A stretch of DNA of 64,000 bases, taken from Amoebidium appalachense (taxonomy: Eukaryota > Protista > Ichthyosporea). The stretch covers positions 10,977,355 through 11,041,354 of the forward strand of contig CAVNZM010000006.1 in the NCBI GenBank assembly GCA_963693365.1, given 5' to 3'. The translations under genes were made by a program, and so were the position numbers. The notes beneath the pieces were generated by a model. The model was given only the letters and a program-made list of their open reading frames with translations. It was not told where the DNA came from and ran no database searches. Shown in pieces: positions 37,007-64,000 of the stretch; positions within the stretch are counted from its first letter, which is position 1, and every line of letters begins with the position of its first letter.

Positions 37007-37271
37007 ATGGGAAGGGGACTACATGTACATACAAGAGGGTGTACATTAAATGCGCATACAGGGGTGTGTGGATTGCATGCACATAGATACTGGGATGTGT
37101 GCATTGCATACGCATGCTGGGATGTGTGCACCGTGTGCGCATACGTGTGGGTCAGGTCAGGGGCGGGCTTGGACCTCTGCTTGGACCCCCCTCCGTGTCT
37201 CCACCTCATTCATGTGCACCACACCTTCGCGACCTTCCCTTCAAACTTGCGCCCCCCTCCCCCCTCCCCCC

Positions 37272-37320
<49 letters not shown>

Positions 37321-37897
37321 ACCCCACCCATCCACCCACCCACCCACCCACCCATCACCCCTGTGACCTGTAGCAACGGGTTGACAGACATCAGGTGGTT
37401 TTTTTGTGTGGCGGCAACACACTTTTTGCTTCATGAGGCACGGTACACGTCCATACATATTGGACAGCGGTGTGCAAGGCATGTCATGTATCTAAGATGT
37501 ACACGTGGCAGGTGTATTAACCCCATGGCCAGCATGGGGTGCAGCTGCATTAGTGTCAAGGCTACAATAAAAAAGAAAAGCCCTGTGGGTGGCCCACCTA
37601 ACACTGCAACTGGAAAGACAAAGCGCTCAGTCTGGCACAAAAACTGCACCAGGGCACCATACATTTCTAGCAGCCACTAGGCTGATAGTACACTAAGTAT
37701 TAACAACATAGGTAACACATAAAAACCAATTTAAAAAGAACTCTGTATCCCTATCAAAGGGAAAGAACCGTAGTATAGCCGCTACGAGTGTCACTCACAG
37801 GATTTTGTTTCCCCCTAGACTTTGCAGTCCGTCATTCCTCCCCGCTGTCATGTACCTTAGGCACCCCAGAGGTGGTAACAGGCGCTGGCCACAGGCG

Positions 37898-45915
<8,018 letters not shown>

Positions 45916-46534
45916 GTTTGAGCTCTGCCTATGGTGCCAAGATGTGCATGTTGCAGAACACCCGTTATTTATAGGCTATTTCACGCACGGTAGCTTGGGT
46001 TAAATTGGGAGCATGATATTATATTAGCATCTGTTATTTGTCTGAATATAACCTGTTCGCTCTAATAAAAAAAAAGCTGGCGCCGTCAGTGGCTCTTTGC
46101 TTTTTGACCAAGGCCAGCAACCAAGGCCTCCTGGTGCCTGGAGCCTGCCAAGGCTTTTTGACCCTCCCGCCAATTGCAAATGTGTTACGCAAAAATGTGG
46201 GTGCGGCAAGATCTGTTGGCTTACTGAGCTGTTAGCAGGAGCTTTAAAACATTACAATCTACAGTAAAGCTTGTATTTGCACTTAAAGTCATGGCTTTAA
46301 AGTGCTTAACGCTGATATGATTTGGCCAATCATCTCAAGCATTGCAAGATATCAAACACGTAAACAGAACCCGGCGGAGCCAGCGCAAGCACACAAAAGG
46401 GGAAGTGAGGGGTCTAGTGAGGGGGCTGTGAGGGGGGCCTTTGAGTCAGATAAGCCAAGGTTGCAGCTATTAGTCACGTTAGCACACCCATGTGAGCACA
46501 CACCCACAGTACTAGCGCTAGCTTGTGTTTTACC
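45916..46534. promoter_or_regulatory. Probable bidirectional promoter between PIGG and PICK1
   Basis: The start codons diverge about 620 bp apart and the interval has no simple repeats. Inferred from gene geometry only. Confidence 0.5.
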
Positions 46535-54312
<7,778 letters not shown>

Positions 54313-54366
54313 CAGGCACACACATGCATGCACACACATGCATGCACACACACACACACACCGTGT

Positions 54367-54404
<38 letters not shown>

Positions 54405-55801
54405 CCCGTACATGATTTAATGCACAACATCAGGATCGGTGCAGGATGCACTTGGAAAGGTCGAGAGGCAGCCAGTCAGTCAGGCACACGTGAACACACA
54501 GTGTTGCACGTGCATGGTGGTCTTTCCAGTCGAATGTCAGTGGTGATGGTCGTCGTAGTATGTAGAAGTGTTTTTTATTATCCGTGTAGTTCACGTCCCC
54601 CCTTCCCCCCCTCTCTCTTTCACCCCCTCCCGTTTCTCCCAATGCCCCTGAACCCATGACCCACGTACCCACACATATGCACGCCGTGCACTAGTGCACT
54701 GTCACACGTAATTGAACGCACGACGAGGTTGTACTCAGGGCGAGAATGTGCCTGAATTCTTGTTGGTAAAGCACGTGACGTGTTCACGACGGCGTGCCTG
54801 TGGCACGCAGATATTTTTAATATTAAAGAACTATTCTGATTGGGGAGCACACACTGCGGTGAGCACATGGCTCTTGTGAATACCCGAGGCAGAGCATGCC
54901 GGGCTATCTGGGCCTTATACAAAACACTGTGATTATGGTACCATTCCGGTGGAGAATGGGCCGAGGGAGAGCAAACACTTTGGTTAGTCATTCCTTGAAC
55001 GACTCAATTTATTACGTGTTATGAATTTGTGGTGACGAAAAGGGCCAGAGACACCCGAAGTATAAGTACAGCACTACATATTGGGTAAAATCCTTGGCGC
55101 AATAGAAAGTTTTCATTTAAACCACCCGTTTTTTACTTCCATTAAATCTATGCCGTGGAGATGTAGCAAGGATAACGCCTATTAGTTAATGTGCAGGACA
55201 CGTCACAACAACACATTCACTAACAACATGCATGTCCGGATCAAACTATCTACATTTAACTGCATTGCTCACAAATACAGTGTGTGTGACCGTATACATA
55301 CACAAAACACTGAATCGAAAGCAGCATACTATTTTTTGTCTTTATCTAAGCTATCAATCCTGCCAGCCTTGCCATATGCGATGGCATGTAAAAACAGCCT
55401 AATAGCAGCACTGTTACACTGCTAACGGCCCAATCTCCCTACACCACCGCCCTTCTGCGCACTAGTGCAGCAAACTTATTCATCACCCTCACCTCAGATA
55501 TCTGTTTGACCGTACCAATGCAAATTGAACAAACCCCGTCCATGAAAGCATAAGCCCCCCCCCCCCCCCCCCCCCCCTCCCCCCCCCCCCTAGCTAATTG
55601 CCCTTCATAGCTCCCATACAGCATAAACCCCGCTACTTATTGCCCTTTATATCACCCATACAGCATAAACCCCCCTTCTTATGGCCCTTTATATCACCCA
55701 TACAGCATAAACCCCCTTTCTTATTGCCGTTTATATCACCCACAAAGCATAAACCCCCCTACTTATTGCCCATTTTATCGCCTCTAATTGCATAAACCCC
55801 C

Positions 55802-59485
<3,684 letters not shown>

Positions 59486-60379
59486 TTTCGCCGCTTAACC
59501 AACAACTCGTGCGTCGCAGGGCCCGTCGCGAACGCCCCCGCACCGACGCATAAACAAGAGTCCCCGTGTAAAGTGACAATACACCGGCAAGGCCTGAGCA
59601 GAGAAACATCCAACGCCGTTGGAGATCCGCGCGCCGCGGCCGTGGCCGTGGCGCGGACCCAAACGAGTCAGTCAGGTTTGTGTAGGCCTTAATTTGGTTG
59701 GCTATCAGTCACAGCTTCGTAATATCCCGGTTACGTAATACTGTGAAGCCCGCTAGAATGATGGCGCACTACAATATGTAAGTTGAGGCTTTCGAAGTCC
59801 AAGGCTGTATATAACCCACAACCTGGCCACAGGCATGCATATGGGTCCTCTAAGCACTCACACAGCGTGAATGATTAACATTATTAATGCCTGTAGGACT
59901 TGGCCATGGCGAGGCACATGCATAGGTTACACGTGCTCGCGCCGCGGCGCGCATCGGCTCTGGAAGGCTGGAGCACCTCGTCGATCCGTCGATGCAAAGT
60001 GCAACTGGCGACCCTGAAGTGTAAAAAATAGTCTCATGTTTTTTTCTCCTGCAGCATGCATATGGAACTACTTTTCAGAATACAGAAAAAACCGTGAGAG
60101 ATGCTTTGTTTCCACTGACCAGGCTCAGCCAACGTTGACTGACCAACGCGCAGGCCCGCCACCTGCATGCACGGCTGAATCAATTTATTGTTGGAACGCT
60201 TCGCCAATAGTTTCCCTTTTGGTGATTGGTTGTACTAACTGTTATTGTTTGATATCCAATCTTAATCCTTAAAAATCCTAGTTGTGGAATTTTGCAACCT
60301 GGGAGAGGTATTTGCATTTAATGTTTTGATTGGCTCGAGACTCGGACTTAATTAAAGATAAATTCCACAACGACTCATG

Positions 60380-62274
60380 TAAGGGTATGTAAATCTATCT
60401 ATAAGAAAAGCCTATCTTTCTTTTAGATTTTTCCCAATCTTTCCCAAAATCGACCTAACTTTCCTAACTTCACTTTCACTTCGATCTCTTAGCTGTCACG
60501 TCAACTTTTTTCCCCAATTCTTCACCATGGCAGGTATATAAAGGCTTTCATTCAGGGGAACGTGACTGCAGCGTGTGTGGTGTGGCCTGGTGTATTCCTA
60601 CTGCTGTGAGAGTGTGGGGGCATCTCCCTTTCGCGGAGTTTCTCGCTTGAGAAGTGGTTTCTTCAACGCCTGGTGGTCCACTGCAACCTATGGTAACTTC
60701 TACACGCTGTCTACGCTTCTACGCGACCTATTGGCGGTGGGCTGCTGCAACTTCTTCAGCTACTTCTGCGATGCGTGAGTGGAGGGGCGGCTACTTGGTC
60801 GTCGGGAAGCTTTCCAAGTGACTGCCAGTCCTTAGCCTCCAGTCGTATGGCAATAACCGGGTTTGCTTGCATGCATTCTGTAATTGTGTTTTTCTGTGTG
60901 TCCTGCCACAACTAGGCCACCTTATCAGAGAGCTAGATGCAGTTTCTCCGGGTTATCTAGGGGCCGGGCCCGTTGGGATTGTTTTTTAGCTCAGATTTGG
61001 TCTGCATTGCTCTTTTAGAGGCTGACTTGCTTGCTGTGCCTCGGTAGGTTTTGAGGGGGGCCTGTTGGGAAGCAGCAGTAATAATGTCTTCTTGCGGAGT
61101 GTGGTCTGGTCAACATCGATGCATATGACTAGTTGGAGCAAACTAGTTTCACGATTACACGTACACTTACGGTTTTTCCCGCTGGTGTCCTTTGTCACTT
61201 GTCGCTTTATTTTTATTTCGTAGCTTTGGCTTTTTCAGTTCTATTGGTGGTTATGTAGCCTGTGGCTGCACGTTGCCTTCATCAACGGATCAATAAACCC
61301 GAGTCAAAAGAAAAACTTTCCTAGATCCTTTCCCGGAAATTCTTGAAAAATGAAACTATCTTTCCCAAAATCTTTCCCACCAGGTACCTATCTTTCCAAG
61401 AAATTTCCCGTCTTTCTCGAAAGCTACCTAAATTTCTTTCGAAATTTCTCGCCACAAACACATATACACAAGCACCCGCACAAAGTGCACACAGGCACAC
61501 ACGCGCACACGCGCACACACTTCATGGTTGGTGGCAATGAGATCGGCCACCAGAAAAGTGGAAGTGGTACTTTTACGTTTCGTAATGCTGACAGCTGCAG
61601 CAGAGAATGAGGCCATTTTGAAGAGATTCGAGTACAAGTAGAGATCGTACGTACGGTGTTTCTGTCACTCAAGTTACAGCATATATACCCTTCAAAGTGT
61701 CAACAATCGCTTGCAAACATTTGTTTTCATTGGTTGAATGCTGCCAATTACATTAATCTTGCGATTTCAGCCACTACAATCGTTTCCCTCCAAGAGTAAA
61801 TTTTTTTAAAGTGGTGCTTAGGCTGCACTGGCGGGCCCGCCAAAAACCTGTTCCGGCCAATTATAGCCAGTCAAGCTCTTGTTATGCTCACTTTATTGGA
61901 TTACAAACAATCCCATCGCCCCTCTCACAGGAAAATAATGTCATTGGACATGGTTAAGACTTCCACCTTTTTTGGTTTGTTTACGAGTCTTGCAGTCCAA
62001 TCATGTGCCATCCAAAGAAAGAGGGCAAAAGCCGGTAGACCATACCCTATATACCACATACATACCCCTAGACCACGAGAAATTTGGATCTTTCTGGCCT
62101 ACTTTTTTCGAAATTCCCGAGATAGATCGCTCGGATCAAATAAGATCATCTATCCCACGATATGCTAAATATCTCTCTCCTTTCCCAAAATTTCACCTAT
62201 CTTTCCGGCAACTTTCCTTTCCCGCAAGGTACCTAAATTTCCCGAGAATTTCCAGATAGATGTACATACCCTTA
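60380..62274. mobile_element. Non-autonomous DNA transposon, hAT-like (1,895 bp)
   Basis: 21-bp TIRs with one mismatch: TAAGGGTATGTAAATCTATCT (60380-60400) and AGATAGATGTACATACCCTTA (62254-62274). Exact 8-bp TSD GACTCATG (60372-60379 and 62275-62282). Subterminal CTTTCCC/ACCTATCTTTCC repeats. No transposase ORF. Confidence 0.85.
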
Positions 62275-63152
62275 GACTCATGCATGCAGAGTGACAACTT
62301 AAACGGATCCGCTCACACGTCACTCCACCCTCGGACAGTCGGAGGGTCGACCCAGACCCACGTCCCCTGGGTTCAACACTTTTACATACTGTTTCATACT
62401 CACACGACCTGCTTGTAAGGAAGTAGGAAAAATAGCGCGGGATATTAGGAATAAAGTGCGATGTTGATGGTGCTGTGAGCTTTGCCGTGTAGCCGCGTAC
62501 AGGGGTGCTTTGAGCTATCTTTGTATGCTGTATACATCGCCAGCCTGCAGTGCACCCAACTAGCCTGCACACAGTATAAGCTCTTTCTCTTTCCGCTTCA
62601 AACCTCCTTGGTCTTCCCGCCGCCCGGTTCACAACCCAGTCACTCGTTGCACGCGGTAGTTCGGCAGCATGGCGTCAGCACAGACCAAAGCACATACCAA
62701 GGACATACTGAGCCTGTTTGACCCGCTGGACGTCGGCACAGGTGACCTCTGCCCAAACCCACGCACACAACAACACAAGGAATAAGTGCACCCGGTCAAC
62801 ATACATGCTATCAATGCTTTCTGGTTTGCGCCTGTTTGTACTGAGTTAGCGTTTTGACACGTGTGTGCACGCCTGACTGTGTGTGCCCATACGGAGGACT
62901 GGGGCCTTGAGCCGTTGCCAACTGCAGCTATAGGGTCATGTTATGTTTGTCGGGTTGGTGTGTGGTTGGATAGTGGACGGGGCTGGGTTGCCTCTGTCTC
63001 TGCATACACAACACACGTAGGCAATGGTGCAAACGTGCCTGCCCTCGCACGTACGTGTGGAAACATAGCGAACACGCTACTGTTTATGTGTGCACACACG
63101 TGTGCAGAGGAGTGAAAAACATACAACCCATGCACAGCTATGCCATGCTTGG

Positions 63153-63980
<828 letters not shown>

Positions 63981-64000
63981 GTACACGCACGAACACAAGC

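Noticed and set aside
62165-62632. 155-aa minus-strand ORF
   Set aside because: It has no recognisable motif, runs into the transposon end, and stops soon after the reconstructed empty site.

Overview
Eukaryotic, intron-rich genomic DNA. A clear PICK1 (PDZ+BAR) gene points to a holozoan, plausibly a unicellular relative of animals, but the taxon is an inference. Almost all long ORFs in the supplied track are artefacts of poly-C/poly-G and (CA)n/(GT)n tracts in introns. The real genes had to be rebuilt from short GT-AG exons by hand. Genes found: (-) Rec8-type meiotic kleisin, running off the left edge; (-) GH14 beta-amylase; (+) a gene of at least 23 exons encoding three B3-like DNA-binding domains fused to a SUV39/DIM-5-like SET/post-SET methyltransferase; (+) a small putative tail-anchored protein; (-) PIG-G/GPI7; (+) PICK1; (-) OPA3. 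There are two mobile elements with exact target-site duplications: a 597-bp solo LTR and a 1,895-bp hAT-like non-autonomous transposon. Several minisatellites are tandem copies of splice signals or of a stop codon. The strongest novelty candidate is the B3x3-SET protein, a possible sequence-guided histone methyltransferase built from a domain normally called plant-specific. It sits head-to-head with another plant/protist-type gene, the beta-amylase. All domain calls come from motif recognition, not database searches.
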